Positions 14,082 to 23,232 of a stretch of 31,626 bases of DNA are shown in pieces. The notes beneath the pieces were generated by a model. It saw only the letters and a list, made by a program, of their open reading frames with translations. It searched no databases and was not told the origin of the DNA. Within the stretch, counting starts at the first letter, position 1, and every line of letters begins with the position of its first letter. Origin of the DNA: a virus (Duplodnaviria; Caudoviricetes); the IMG/VR virus record IMGVR_UViG_3300011335_000345, positions 1 to 31,626 of that record, one strand, 5' to 3'. Made by a program: the position numbers and the translations under genes.

Positions 14082-15983
14082 TTATTGAACTCCTAATTCT
14101 TGTTGAAGTTTCTTGGCCTCATCAATATCAGCTTGCTTCATTCCTTTGCCGCTTGCCGCTTGCGCTTCTAGAGCACGATAACGCTTGAGTTTTGTATAAA
14201 CTTGACCTTCAATGATTGCTGGATTAGCTTTTGACCTTCCATCAACACCAAGAGCATCTAGTTTTTCATAAGCCTTAGTAGATGCAATCATTTCATCTTG
14301 TATTTGACCAATTAACCTAAGAATAGTGGGTATTTCTTGATAAGCATTTGGCTTACTTTTAAGCAACTGGTCAAGCTCTTTGTTTGATTGACTTCCTGGG
14401 AAAACCCTTGCAATTGCTTGAACAAGTTGCGATGAAACGGCATTGAAGTATTCTGCTTTACCAATTTCATTAACATTGACAGGAATTCCAAATGCAGCAA
14501 GCCCTTTTGAGAAAGCAAGTTTTGCATCTGCTCCAGCTCCAGTAAACGTAGAACTCAAAGAGGTCTTTACTTGGTTTAACTTATCAATCATTGGAATTGC
14601 TGCTTTATAGGCTTCTCCAGCGGTTCCCCATGCTGCTGCTTGTTCTTTTTTCTCTCCCATTCCAAGAGCTTTTGTCATTGCATCGCCAAGAGGAATTTGT
14701 ATTTGCACAGCAGCAGCTTTCTTAGCTGCTAAGTCGCGTTTATCAGCTTCTGCATTTACAGCTTTAATTTCAACTTGGCTTAATCCGCTAAATGGTTTTC
14801 CATAAAGCTCTTTAGCAATTGCTTCTCTATCAGTTCCAACAGCAGGAGTTTTCTCTGTTTTTCCTATCAACTCTGCAAATTTCTCAGCATAGGCTTTTTG
14901 CCATTGTGGAGAACCACTTTCAAAACCCAATGAATCTGCATATGCTTTTGCATTCTTAAATTCAGTTGTTCCTGCATCTACTTTTTCTCCTTTGGTTAGG
15001 AACGAAAGTTCAGCATTAAGCCTCTTAATTAAAGGTTTATTTTTCTGCTCTTCTGGAAGTGAATCAAGGATGTCAATTTGGCTAGTCAACTCTCCAACTC
15101 TTAGTCCTTGTGCAATTTGTGGATTTTCTTTTTCTGCTTTAGTAGGATTCAATACGGCAAGTTCAGCCTCCAACGCACGGATAGCATCTGGACTTTGCTG
15201 TGCTTCAGGCAATCCTCTTAGAGTCGCAAGTTGATTAACAATTTGACCTGCTCTCTGAGCTTCTACAATTTTTGCATTTTGTGTAGTTTCTTTAGTAGGA
15301 TTCAAAATAGCAAGTTCAGTCTCTAAAGCACGAATTGCTTGTGGACTTTGCTGACCCTCTGGGAGTCCTCGCAATGTGGCAAGTTGGTTGACAATTTGTG
15401 CGGCTCTTTGGGCCTTAACAATGTCTGCATTTTGTGCAGCTTCTTTTGGCTGAGGCAAAGCATCCAACCGATTTTGCAATAGAGCAATTGCATTGGCAAC
15501 TTCAGGAGTTTGCTCCATTGCTTGCAGTTGACCAAGCTGAGTTTTAAGATTTGCAGAGTATTCAGCAATCTGAACTTCTTTAGGTGTAGCAGCAGCGCGA
15601 CCTTCTTTCATGCGTTGTTGAGCCAGGGCAAGTTCGCTATTTGCCTTACGAGCGTAATTAGCCAATCCAAGTGCTTCTTGCGTAAAGCCTGCATCAGCAA
15701 GCAACTTTGCGCCTTGCAACAATGACTCAGGATTGCTCTGGTCAATCTGCTTGGAAATAGCGTTCAGAGTGCTGATACGCTGTAACTGAGGGTCTACTCC
15801 ACCCATTGCTCCACCAAGCGCACCAGCGAGGTTATAGCCAGCTTGCTGCACACCTACAGCAGCCTGTTGGAAAGGGTTAAGGTTTTGCAACGCAACAGCA
15901 CGGTTAAAGACCTGCTGCTGCTGTTGCTGCTGATATATTTCGGGATTGACCCCGAATAGACCGCCAACAATATCGTCTGCCAT
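14082..15983 (-). CDS. Internal virion / DNA ejection protein with 51-aa repeats
   Basis: 633 aa; Q/A-rich N-terminus; position in the cluster. Confidence 0.7.
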   Translation of the reverse strand: MADDIVGGLFGVNPEIYQQQQQQQVFNRAVALQNLNPFQQAAVGVQQAGYNLAGALGGAMGGVDPQLQRISTLNAISKQIDQSNPESLLQGAKLLADAGFTQEALGLANYARKANSELALAQQRMKEGRAAATPKEVQIAEYSANLKTQLGQLQAMEQTPEVANAIALLQNRLDALPQPKEAAQNADIVKAQRAAQIVNQLATLRGLPEGQQSPQAIRALETELAILNPTKETTQNAKIVEAQRAGQIVNQLATLRGLPEAQQSPDAIRALEAELAVLNPTKAEKENPQIAQGLRVGELTSQIDILDSLPEEQKNKPLIKRLNAELSFLTKGEKVDAGTTEFKNAKAYADSLGFESGSPQWQKAYAEKFAELIGKTEKTPAVGTDREAIAKELYGKPFSGLSQVEIKAVNAEADKRDLAAKKAAAVQIQIPLGDAMTKALGMGEKKEQAAAWGTAGEAYKAAIPMIDKLNQVKTSLSSTFTGAGADAKLAFSKGLAAFGIPVNVNEIGKAEYFNAVSSQLVQAIARVFPGSQSNKELDQLLKSKPNAYQEIPTILRLIGQIQDEMIASTKAYEKLDALGVDGRSKANPAIIEGQVYTKLKRYRALEAQAASGKGMKQADIDEAKKLQQELGVQ

Positions 15984-16002
15984 GATTATTTCCTATGTTG
16001 GG

Positions 16003-17715
16003 TTAAGTCGAAAAAGCCTTGAGAATAGCTGCCTGCAACTGTGGATTATTTGCAGCTTGACTAAACAGATTGCCGCTGTAGCTAAAGGCATTGGCGGGAG
16101 CTTGTGTAGCAGCACTCTGTAGCATTCCCTGCGAAAGCAATTGCCCAGCTTGGGCGGCAGATGCAGTAGTTCTAGCTCCGATTTGCGTACCCAACGTCAT
16201 TGGCTGTTGTGCAAGGTTTTCTAGTCCAGTGGTTGTGTCTATAGCAGTAGCAAACGGAGCATACGCAGCAGTTTGTCCACCATAGTATTTGCCCATTAAG
16301 TCGCTACCAGCTCCAAGCAATCCTGCGCCAAACTGAGCTTGCTGTTGACCAGCCTGTTGACCTTGTGCGGCAAGTTGCAGATTGCTTTGAGCTAATGCGT
16401 TGTAGTAAGCGGCAAGTTCAGGGCTAGTAGCAGCAAGATTGCCACCTTGAGCAACAGACAGGCCGCCACGACCTTGTGCTAACAGCTTGTTCTGCAATTG
16501 AGCAAGTTGCTGCTCTTGTCCAGGAGCAAGTAATGCCTGCTGTTTTGCAATGTAGGCAGCAGCTTGTTGCTCAGGAGTTTCCTGAATGTAGCCTTGTCCA
16601 AGATTGAACAAACTTTGTGCGCCAGTAGTAAGTGGAACATACGCAGCAGCAGCGCCTTCAGCACCAGTTAGACCAGATGCAGCAAGTGCGCTCAATCGGT
16701 CTTGATAGGCTTTGATTTCAGGGCTTGCGGCATATCCAGCACCAATCACATTGCCTTGTGCATCAGTGGTGAACTGTGATGTTCCAAAACGAGTAGTAAC
16801 GCCAACAGGACGGAACTTAGCAGCCTCTGCTGCAATACGAGCAGCTTCAACTTGTGCAGCAGCTTGAGTCTGTGCGGCTTCTCTTGCTTTCTCTGCTGTA
16901 TTGGAAGCGCCAAGCAAGTTCAAGCCACCAGTTACAAGAGAAGGGCCGTATGCACTCAAGCCAGAAAGCAGGCTACCGCCAGCCGTGCTTAAATACCCAG
17001 GAATAGAACCAGCAGCACTAGCAGCAGGCGCAACTGGTGACCCACCTAATCCAGCAAGAGTAGAGCCAATACCTGCGGCTTCAGCGCCAAGAGCGCCAGT
17101 TCCAGCGCCAGCAACACCCGCACCACTAAAAAGAGAACCAGCAGCATTAGCACCCATTAAAGGTGTAGCAACTTCTGCTCCAGTAAAAAGGGAACCAGCA
17201 GCATTTGCTCCCATTGGAAGTGATGCTGCTCCTGTGCCGCTAAACAAAGAGCCAGCAGCATTTGCTCCCATTGGAGTAGCTCCTGTTGCTGCCGCTTGTG
17301 CTGCTGCTTCGCTAAAGAGAGAGCCAGCAGCATTTGTGCCTGCTCCTGCTGGAATAGTTGGTGCTGCTGCTTGTGCCGCAGAAACACTTTGCTCAATTGC
17401 GGAAGGAGAGGATAGTTCAATTGCTGGGACGGTAAGCAACTTACCTGCACCGTAAGATAAAACAAGTGTTTCAAGACCTTTTTCTAAGTTACCGCCAGTT
17501 TGAGATGTCTTGTTTGCAGCAAGGAAAGATGCTGTAGCAGCAGGAGGAACTCCATATGCTGCTGCAATAGCTGTAATTGCCGTTTCCAATGCGGGGCTAT
17601 CTGCAATGGTTCTACCAAGGTCAGTAATCCCCTGAGAAAGCCCTTTCTCAATAGGTTGCAATACCTGTGTAGCGGCCTCGCTAACTTTCTCAGTTGCTTG
17701 TGATACCCATCCCAT
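16003..17715 (-). CDS. Internal virion / DNA pilot protein
   Basis: 570 aa, G/A/Q-rich; FRPVGVTTRFG motif; GANAAGSLF repeats. Confidence 0.7.
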   Translation of the reverse strand: MGWVSQATEKVSEAATQVLQPIEKGLSQGITDLGRTIADSPALETAITAIAAAYGVPPAATASFLAANKTSQTGGNLEKGLETLVLSYGAGKLLTVPAIELSSPSAIEQSVSAAQAAAPTIPAGAGTNAAGSLFSEAAAQAAATGATPMGANAAGSLFSGTGAASLPMGANAAGSLFTGAEVATPLMGANAAGSLFSGAGVAGAGTGALGAEAAGIGSTLAGLGGSPVAPAASAAGSIPGYLSTAGGSLLSGLSAYGPSLVTGGLNLLGASNTAEKAREAAQTQAAAQVEAARIAAEAAKFRPVGVTTRFGTSQFTTDAQGNVIGAGYAASPEIKAYQDRLSALAASGLTGAEGAAAAYVPLTTGAQSLFNLGQGYIQETPEQQAAAYIAKQQALLAPGQEQQLAQLQNKLLAQGRGGLSVAQGGNLAATSPELAAYYNALAQSNLQLAAQGQQAGQQQAQFGAGLLGAGSDLMGKYYGGQTAAYAPFATAIDTTTGLENLAQQPMTLGTQIGARTTASAAQAGQLLSQGMLQSAATQAPANAFSYSGNLFSQAANNPQLQAAILKAFST

Positions 17716-17717
17716 GA

Positions 17718-18116
17718 TTAACCCCTTAAATCAAAAGACATTTCGTAAGTCCTATCAAGGCCACCGTCTATCTTTTTAACAGTGCCTCTGACTATTCCTA
17801 GATTAGCCAAGTCATTGATAGCAGGATTGTCATAGTAGGTCACCGCTTTATCAAACTTTACCTTTGCTTTTGCAAGCAAGTTATTCACAGCAGTCACTAA
17901 GTCCTGCTTATTTCCTGCATTTATTGCATGGAATTCTACTGTTTTATCTCTATTTTCAGAGTAGAGAATTATCGTATTTTTTGTCAATAGGTACTTCATA
18001 CCTTGCTTGACGTACTCCAAAAACGTGTCTTTTACTGACTCAAGACTGTACTCACGCCCACGATGATTCTTGGCATAGTCGCCAGCAATGATTGCGAGTT
18101 CTTTTTCACGCGCCAC
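17718..18116 (-). CDS. Hypothetical protein (possible GNAT-like fold, at the usual podovirus position)
   Basis: 132 aa ORF with GTG start, between tail and ejection genes. Confidence 0.65.
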   Translation of the reverse strand: MAREKELAIIAGDYAKNHRGREYSLESVKDTFLEYVKQGMKYLLTKNTIILYSENRDKTVEFHAINAGNKQDLVTAVNNLLAKAKVKFDKAVTYYDNPAINDLANLGIVRGTVKKIDGGLDRTYEMSFDLRG

Positions 18117-18126
18117 TTCTTAACCC

Positions 18127-18399
18127 TTACATTGTTCCAGCAGCAATGACATTACCAATGACAGTGAAGTTTCCACTTGCATCTAGCTTTGCCACACTGG
18201 TTCCACTAGACTGAAAGTACAAGACTCCACTAGTTTCAACAAGTGCAAAGTTTGTCAATACGCCATTTGCTTTGCTTGCAATAGCGGTTGAAATATTGTT
18301 GAATTCTGTGTCAATCTCTGTGCCTTTTACGACCTTGTTGGCATTGCCAGGGGAAAGTGCGTCTTTAGCTGCAAAATTGGTTGCTTTTGTGTAGTCCAT
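18127..18399 (-). CDS. Small tail / needle-associated protein
   Basis: YTKATNFAAKD.L...K.VKGTEIDTEFNNI..AIASK. Confidence 0.7.
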   Translation of the reverse strand: MDYTKATNFAAKDALSPGNANKVVKGTEIDTEFNNISTAIASKANGVLTNFALVETSGVLYFQSSGTSVAKLDASGNFTVIGNVIAAGTM

Positions 18400-18423
18400 G
18401 TCAAAGTCCTTGTTTCATATAGG

Positions 18424-19983
18424 TCATACAAGTTTTCCTCGTTTCGCCTGAATTTCAATCTTTTGGATGCTAACTGCATATCCAGTAATTTCTGTTTCAT
18501 AGCCAGTTTGCACTGCTTTTCCAGAACCAGTTGCCTGACCAATAAGAAGTTGCAACTGGATTCCACTTGAGTAGTAGGCAACAGGTGAGCCATTTGCTCC
18601 ATATTGGGCAGTTCCGTACTCTGCAACAGTCGATGCTGGGATTGTTAGCACCTGAGACAAATACTGTCCGCTGAAGTCAAATCCCCACTTAACAATAAAT
18701 TCCTGATTTGAGCCGCCAATGACCGTAACAACAATTTTCTTCAGAATAGATGTAATTCCAATATCACCAAAGTCAGCGTAGTTGGTGAAGTATTGAAGCC
18801 TATAGGTTGCATCATTGTCAAGATAGGTATCGTACTTTCCAATGTAACCATTTTTCCCAAAAAGCAAATCTCCATTGCGTCTAGACAAGAAGCAAGTAGG
18901 CTCAATAGAGTCCCATGTAGTTACACGGGCAGCGCCATCTTGCAACTGAGTCTTTGTATCAAAGACATAGACCTGTTCTGTAACAGGAAGACTCAGTAAA
19001 TAGAAGGCATTAAGCTCAGAATAGACCGCCTTGCAATTAGCCAGATTTTCAGATGCAAGCGCAGTCATCAAGTCATTGCGGACATTTTTAGATAGGTCAC
19101 GCAAAGGCGCAGACTTCTCCTGAATGGTACGCAGCAGTGAACGTACTCCACTGTTTGATAGGAAAACGATGTCGCTACCTGTAGTGTGGATAGTGTCACG
19201 CCCAAGGCATCCAACGCTGGAAATAGAGTCGCTAAGACTCATTGTTGCAGGCGTAGTGGCATTGGCATAGACAAGGATTTGACGCTTGCCAAAGATGAAT
19301 AGGAACCCATTATGTGAAGCTAGGCCAACAATCTGGTCTGCACCATTAGGCCAAACACGGCTTACATCCAATGTTCCTGAAGTGCCGCCACTCCATATGT
19401 GACCAGTTAATAGGTCAGAAAAAGTGATGGTTGTATTGTCAGTTGTGGTGCTTGCTACCCAAAGGCGACCAAAGGCAGAGATGCCAATGTTTGCCAATGG
19501 CACTGTGCCTGTGTAGCCAGTTTTCTCACTTATCCTACGGAATGTTGTAGTGCTAACAGCAGGGTCATAAATCAGTGGGTCATAGCCCGTTTGAAAGAAG
19601 AAAGCAATGCCGTTGAGAGAGCATATCTGCCAATCATTTGTCGTAATTGTTGGCGCAGTACCTCCCCCCCCATAGGTAAGTTGAGTTACAGCATTAGAAG
19701 CACCAAGTTTGAACAGCTTTCCATTGCCTGCAAAAAGAACAGTTAGAGTGCCATCGGATTGCACCAATTCGTGCATAACGCCAACATTGTTAGCGCCAAG
19801 AGCCCCACTAGATGGATTTACCCTTGAGTAACCTTTGCGGGAACCAATGCGTCCGTACTGGTCAATGACTGCATTGGTAGCAATAGATGCAAAACCTGAA
19901 GCCAAGTCCAATGGTGAATCTTGGGTGTTTAACCCATAGAACCCAGGCGCTGATACGCTGTAGGACTGTAGTGGTTGGCTCAT
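18424..19983 (-). CDS. Tail nozzle / DNA stabilisation protein (P22 gp10 / T7 gp12-like)
   Basis: 519 aa, beta-rich; follows the adaptor. Confidence 0.75.
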   Translation of the reverse strand: MSQPLQSYSVSAPGFYGLNTQDSPLDLASGFASIATNAVIDQYGRIGSRKGYSRVNPSSGALGANNVGVMHELVQSDGTLTVLFAGNGKLFKLGASNAVTQLTYGGGGTAPTITTNDWQICSLNGIAFFFQTGYDPLIYDPAVSTTTFRRISEKTGYTGTVPLANIGISAFGRLWVASTTTDNTTITFSDLLTGHIWSGGTSGTLDVSRVWPNGADQIVGLASHNGFLFIFGKRQILVYANATTPATMSLSDSISSVGCLGRDTIHTTGSDIVFLSNSGVRSLLRTIQEKSAPLRDLSKNVRNDLMTALASENLANCKAVYSELNAFYLLSLPVTEQVYVFDTKTQLQDGAARVTTWDSIEPTCFLSRRNGDLLFGKNGYIGKYDTYLDNDATYRLQYFTNYADFGDIGITSILKKIVVTVIGGSNQEFIVKWGFDFSGQYLSQVLTIPASTVAEYGTAQYGANGSPVAYYSSGIQLQLLIGQATGSGKAVQTGYETEITGYAVSIQKIEIQAKRGKLV

Positions 19984-20630
19984 GTTGCTACGAATCCATC
20001 GTAATCAGGAAAGCGAGTGCCTTCCAATGCAATGTAATCAGAAAGCATTGACTTGTATAGCAAGAATGCCTCAGAAGAGTTCATTGCTCCATCTTCACCA
20101 CGCTCGACTAATGCACGGGAATATGCGTTCTGCGCCACCAAGGAGTCAGGAACGAGGCATACGGTGCTATCAGAGGATAATGCAGCCTGTGGCACTGCCA
20201 ATGAGAAAAGAAGGCTATAAACGCCATCTGGACGAGGATATAGCGTCACCTTTGCATCATAGTTTGTATCTACGCCATCAAAGACGTATTGGTTTGGAAT
20301 AGTTGCTGCTGGGACAATCGCATAGTTTTGGTAGCGATTCATCTTCACAAAGCTAATGTTTTCCAGCGGAATGTTAGATGTGGAGTTGATAGCATCCAAG
20401 ACCTGGAACTTCTGTCCAGCGCCTACTAATGAATATTTGTAAGTTCCAGCAGCAGTGGTAACAGTGATGTCTTTGCTAAGAATGTTCCAAGGAAATGCGT
20501 CCTCTACTTGGCGCTTTGCATCGTTTACAAATTTGCCAATCAATGTGGAATAGGTTGTAGCGTTGACAGTTGCAACTTGTTGCTCACGCAATCGAGCAAG
20601 GACATCATTGACAAGTTCTAGGTAAGTCAT
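19980..20630 (-). CDS. Head-tail adaptor (tail tubular protein A-like)
   Basis: MTYLELVNDVL.RLRE, VNDAKR, P.PDG.Y. Confidence 0.78.
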   Translation of the reverse strand: MTYLELVNDVLARLREQQVATVNATTYSTLIGKFVNDAKRQVEDAFPWNILSKDITVTTAAGTYKYSLVGAGQKFQVLDAINSTSNIPLENISFVKMNRYQNYAIVPAATIPNQYVFDGVDTNYDAKVTLYPRPDGVYSLLFSLAVPQAALSSDSTVCLVPDSLVAQNAYSRALVERGEDGAMNSSEAFLLYKSMLSDYIALEGTRFPDYDGFVAT

Positions 20631-20962
20631 ATTCTTGTAAGTCCTTCTTGCTCAAATGTAGCTATAAAACTAAATGTGCTTCCCGCCTGAGTAGTTATTT
20701 TTAACTTGTCACCTTCTTCAAACACAATGTAAGCGTTGCCATCAAACTGCAAATATGATTTTGATGTGAAATCGTATTGAGTCAATATATCAAGAGTGGT
20801 ATTTGCACTAGCATCAAACCATTGAACAGTAATATGCTTGGTAGAGCCGCCTGTATTGTGTATGTACATTACAGTAAATTTGGCGTAATAGCCCGTAGGA
20901 CAGGTATAGACTGTTGTGTCTACTGCCGCTATAGGACTAACACCAACTGACAATGCTCTCAT
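20627..20962 (-). CDS. Putative virion beta-sandwich protein
   Basis: TTVYTCP...IVFEEGDKL motifs. Confidence 0.7.
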   Translation of the reverse strand: MRALSVGVSPIAAVDTTVYTCPTGYYAKFTVMYIHNTGGSTKHITVQWFDASANTTLDILTQYDFTSKSYLQFDGNAYIVFEEGDKLKITTQAGSTFSFIATFEQEGLTRI

Positions 20963-21258
20963 TTTTTGACCTTGTTCCTGCGAGTAATTGCCTTGGCCTT
21001 AGCCTTGGCATCTTCCTTGGAGGACGCGCCCCACGCTTTAAGCGAGAGCAGCAGACGAGTTGGTTCTCCATCTTTTAGCTCTGGCCCTGGCATATTGCCC
21101 ATCCGTGCTAAAAAGGAGGCCCGTCGAGGGTTATCACCTGACTTTACTGGTGCTTTTAAGTTGCCGCCAGTTTCGGCATTATAAGATGCTCTGCCCTTGG
21201 CATTCAAGCCGCCTTTTTGATTTTGACCAGCTTTTGTTTGCCAAGTTGGAGATTTCAT
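20959..21258 (-). CDS. Basic conserved phage protein (DUF6321-like)
   Basis: GGLNAKGRASYN...LKAPV...RRASFLARM...LKAW. Confidence 0.75.
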   Translation of the reverse strand: MKSPTWQTKAGQNQKGGLNAKGRASYNAETGGNLKAPVKSGDNPRRASFLARMGNMPGPELKDGEPTRLLLSLKAWGASSKEDAKAKAKAITRRNKVKK

Positions 21259-21417
21259 CTATTTCACCTTTTTTGCCTTCTTTGCAGTCTTTGCTGCCTG
21301 CTTGAAATCAGCAGCAGTAGGTGCGGCCTTTGACCCAACCTTGTTCATTTTTTCACCAGAACCAGCCTTAATTCGGGCTTGTTTAGCATGAACATTGGCG
21401 TAAAGACCTTGTTTCAT
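21259..21417 (-). CDS. Lys/Ala-rich protein, 52 aa (MKQGLYANVHAKQARIKAGSGEKM...), not in track
   Basis: Open frame abutting both neighbours. Confidence 0.8.
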   Translation of the reverse strand: MKQGLYANVHAKQARIKAGSGEKMNKVGSKAAPTAADFKQAAKTAKKAKKVK

Positions 21418-21587
21418 TTCATCTTCTTCATCGGCTTGGATTTACCAGCCTCAGACAATGCAATAGCAATGGCCTGCTTCTGTGACTTCACTACTGGGCC
21501 TTTTTTAGAGCCAGAGTGAAGTTCGCCTTTGCCGTACTCTTTCATTACCTTGCTGACCTTTTTTTGGGCCATTGTGGGCTTTTTCAT
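21414..21587 (-). CDS. Lys-rich protein, 57 aa (DUF6496-like), not in track
   Basis: KVMKEYGKGELHSG..GPVVKS.KQAIAIALSEA; aagga RBS. Confidence 0.82.
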   Translation of the reverse strand: MKKPTMAQKKVSKVMKEYGKGELHSGSKKGPVVKSQKQAIAIALSEAGKSKPMKKMK

Positions 21588-21596
21588 AGCTAGTCC

Positions 21597-21881
21597 TTAG
21601 TACAGAATCTTGGCGGTGATTGTGCCTGTTACATAAACAGTGCAATTTGCGCGCAAATAAGTTGGAGCATTTTGTACAGTAACGATTCCGTTAGCAGTCA
21701 ATGCTGTTCCAATAGTTGCCCAGTTTGTGCCATCAAGACTACCTTGCAATGCAACAGTAGCTGATGTAATGCCTGAAACTTGCAAGAATGCGGGATTACC
21801 AGCATCAACTTGAACTGCTGGAGATGCGCCAGTAGCGCCTACTGCGCTTAAAAGAGTGACGGGTGTTGCCAAAGATGCCAT
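21597..21881 (-). CDS. Putative small virion protein
   Basis: ATVALQGSLDGTNW motif; gaggt RBS. Confidence 0.75.
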   Translation of the reverse strand: MASLATPVTLLSAVGATGASPAVQVDAGNPAFLQVSGITSATVALQGSLDGTNWATIGTALTANGIVTVQNAPTYLRANCTVYVTGTITAKILY

Positions 21882-22045
21882 TATTTACCTCGACCTGATT
21901 TTTTCATCATATTAGTAGCCGTGCGCTGACCGCGAACAGGCAAAGACATTTTAGGCTTACCAACTGCGACCATGATGGTCAGTGGCATAGCCTTTTTCTT
22001 AGCAGCAGATTTTGCTGCTGGTTTAGCTGATTTTCCGTACATCAT
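21881..22045 (-). CDS. Lys-rich protein, 54 aa (MMYGKSAKPAAKSAAKKK...), not in track
   Basis: Coupled at both ends; aagga RBS. Confidence 0.75.
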   Translation of the reverse strand: MMYGKSAKPAAKSAAKKKAMPLTIMVAVGKPKMSLPVRGQRTATNMMKKSGRGK

Positions 22046-22449
22046 GTTCTGTCCTTAGTAATTGGCCCACCAGATTTCCATGCATCACAAGTACGGGCCG
22101 CTGCACAAGTGAATTGGAACAAGTCGCAGTATCCAAGGTCTGCTGCTTTTATGAATTGCTGGTCATAGGACAAACCTTCTTCATCCTTCTCAAGACCTTG
22201 CGTGATGCAAGCCATCATCTTTGGAGTCTGGATGAATGCAGCACAGTTGCCGCAACGCATACCTTTGATGGTTGCAGTAGGCGCGTTATACATCTTGGCT
22301 TTTTTCAGCCAAAACGCATCATTTGCCTCATTGGGATTAGGAGGGCCATAGCCGTACTCTTTGAAGGCATGGTTCCTGTTTTTCAGGTTAATAGAAATGT
22401 CCTGTGTAGCAACAGGGCAAGTCACGCCAGAAAGTAGACCTTCTTTCAT
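22042..22449 (-). CDS. Conserved Cys-rich protein (CGNC...GYC..F..C....C.AW)
   Basis: 135 aa; coupled. Confidence 0.8.
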   Translation of the reverse strand: MKEGLLSGVTCPVATQDISINLKNRNHAFKEYGYGPPNPNEANDAFWLKKAKMYNAPTATIKGMRCGNCAAFIQTPKMMACITQGLEKDEEGLSYDQQFIKAADLGYCDLFQFTCAAARTCDAWKSGGPITKDRT

Positions 22450-22649
22450 CGCAGTATCTTAGTAGCAAAAAAAGTGATAGCACCACCAACAGCAGATGCT
22501 ATTGACATGCCAACCCAAATACCACCTTTGCTTTGGTTCGCCATCTCAAGAAGTGTTTTCACATCTTTAGATAACTGAGAGACTTGCTCCTGTAGAGCCT
22601 CTACCTGAGCCTCTAACTTACCAAATTCTCTTGGACTAATCTCGGTCAT
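22446..22649 (-). CDS. Coiled-coil plus C-terminal TM protein (XhlA-like)
   Basis: FGKLEAQVE.L..., KGG.W, TM helix. Confidence 0.7.
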   Translation of the reverse strand: MTEISPREFGKLEAQVEALQEQVSQLSKDVKTLLEMANQSKGGIWVGMSIASAVGGAITFFATKILR

Positions 22650-22815
22650 GCTCTTGCACCTTTTTAGGACGGCCTACTGATTTTTTAACATCTTCTTGTT
22701 TTAAGGACTCTTCTTTAACCAGTTCGTATTCAGGATGCTTCATCATAACTTCAATGTCGTATTGCGTATTGAAGTTGACAAAATTACCACTTGCCAAACA
22801 CTTGAACTGAGCCAT
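22636..22815 (-). CDS. Hypothetical protein, 59 aa (MAQFKCLASG...GRPKK)
   Basis: ATG at 22815 after aagga. Confidence 0.75.
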   Translation of the reverse strand: MAQFKCLASGNFVNFNTQYDIEVMMKHPEYELVKEESLKQEDVKKSVGRPKKVQEHDRD

Positions 22816-22825
22816 AAAAATCCTT

Positions 22826-22856
22826 AAAACAAGAAAGGGGAGCAAGCCCCCCTCTC
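22826..22856 (-). terminator. Terminator-like hairpin after the decoration gene
   Basis: gagagggg-ggcttgct-cccctttc followed by ttgtttt. Confidence 0.65.
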
Positions 22857-22857
22857 T

Positions 22858-23181
22858 TTACACAATCCGTGCAATCACCAATTTAACAGTGGTAGTTGCA
22901 AGGTCTACAGCAGAACCAGTAGTGTTGGTTGTAGCAATGGTTACAGTGTTAGCAGCAGAAACATAAGCACGGCGAACAAGCCCTGCTTCAGTTACGCCAG
23001 CAGACATAGCAATAACAACATCACCAAGAGCAACACCAGCAACGGTGACTGTATCAGTTCCAGCGGCTTGGTCTGCAACAGATGCAGAGTCCAAAGTGCA
23101 GGAAACTGCCCAAGTATCAGAGAAAATTCCACGGAATTGGTCATTTCCACGGCGGGAAACAACAGCGGTAGCAGCAGCCAT
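22858..23181 (-). CDS. Putative capsid decoration/cement protein
   Basis: Follows the coat gene; TVTVAGVALGD.V, AYVSAANTVT; aggag RBS, ATG at 23181. Confidence 0.75.
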   Translation of the reverse strand: MAAATAVVSRRGNDQFRGIFSDTWAVSCTLDSASVADQAAGTDTVTVAGVALGDVVIAMSAGVTEAGLVRRAYVSAANTVTIATTNTTGSAVDLATTTVKLVIARIV

Positions 23182-23193
23182 ATTTGTACTCCT

Positions 23194-23228
23194 AAAAAAA
23201 GAACCCCCCACCGTTAGGCAGGGGGATT
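23194..23228 (-). terminator. Terminator after the major capsid gene
   Basis: ccccctgcc-taac-ggtgggggg followed by T7. Confidence 0.75.
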
Positions 23229-23232
23229 ACCA

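Noticed and set aside
16901-17455. Long antisense ORFs (also 8551..9072, 23353..23901, 26145..26579)
   Set aside because: Shadow frames of Ala/Thr-rich genes on the opposite strand
21558-21564. Second in-phase A_AAA_AAG
   Set aside because: The gene is intact in the 0-frame; shows the heptamer arises by chance in Lys-Lys codons and tempers the 11701 claim
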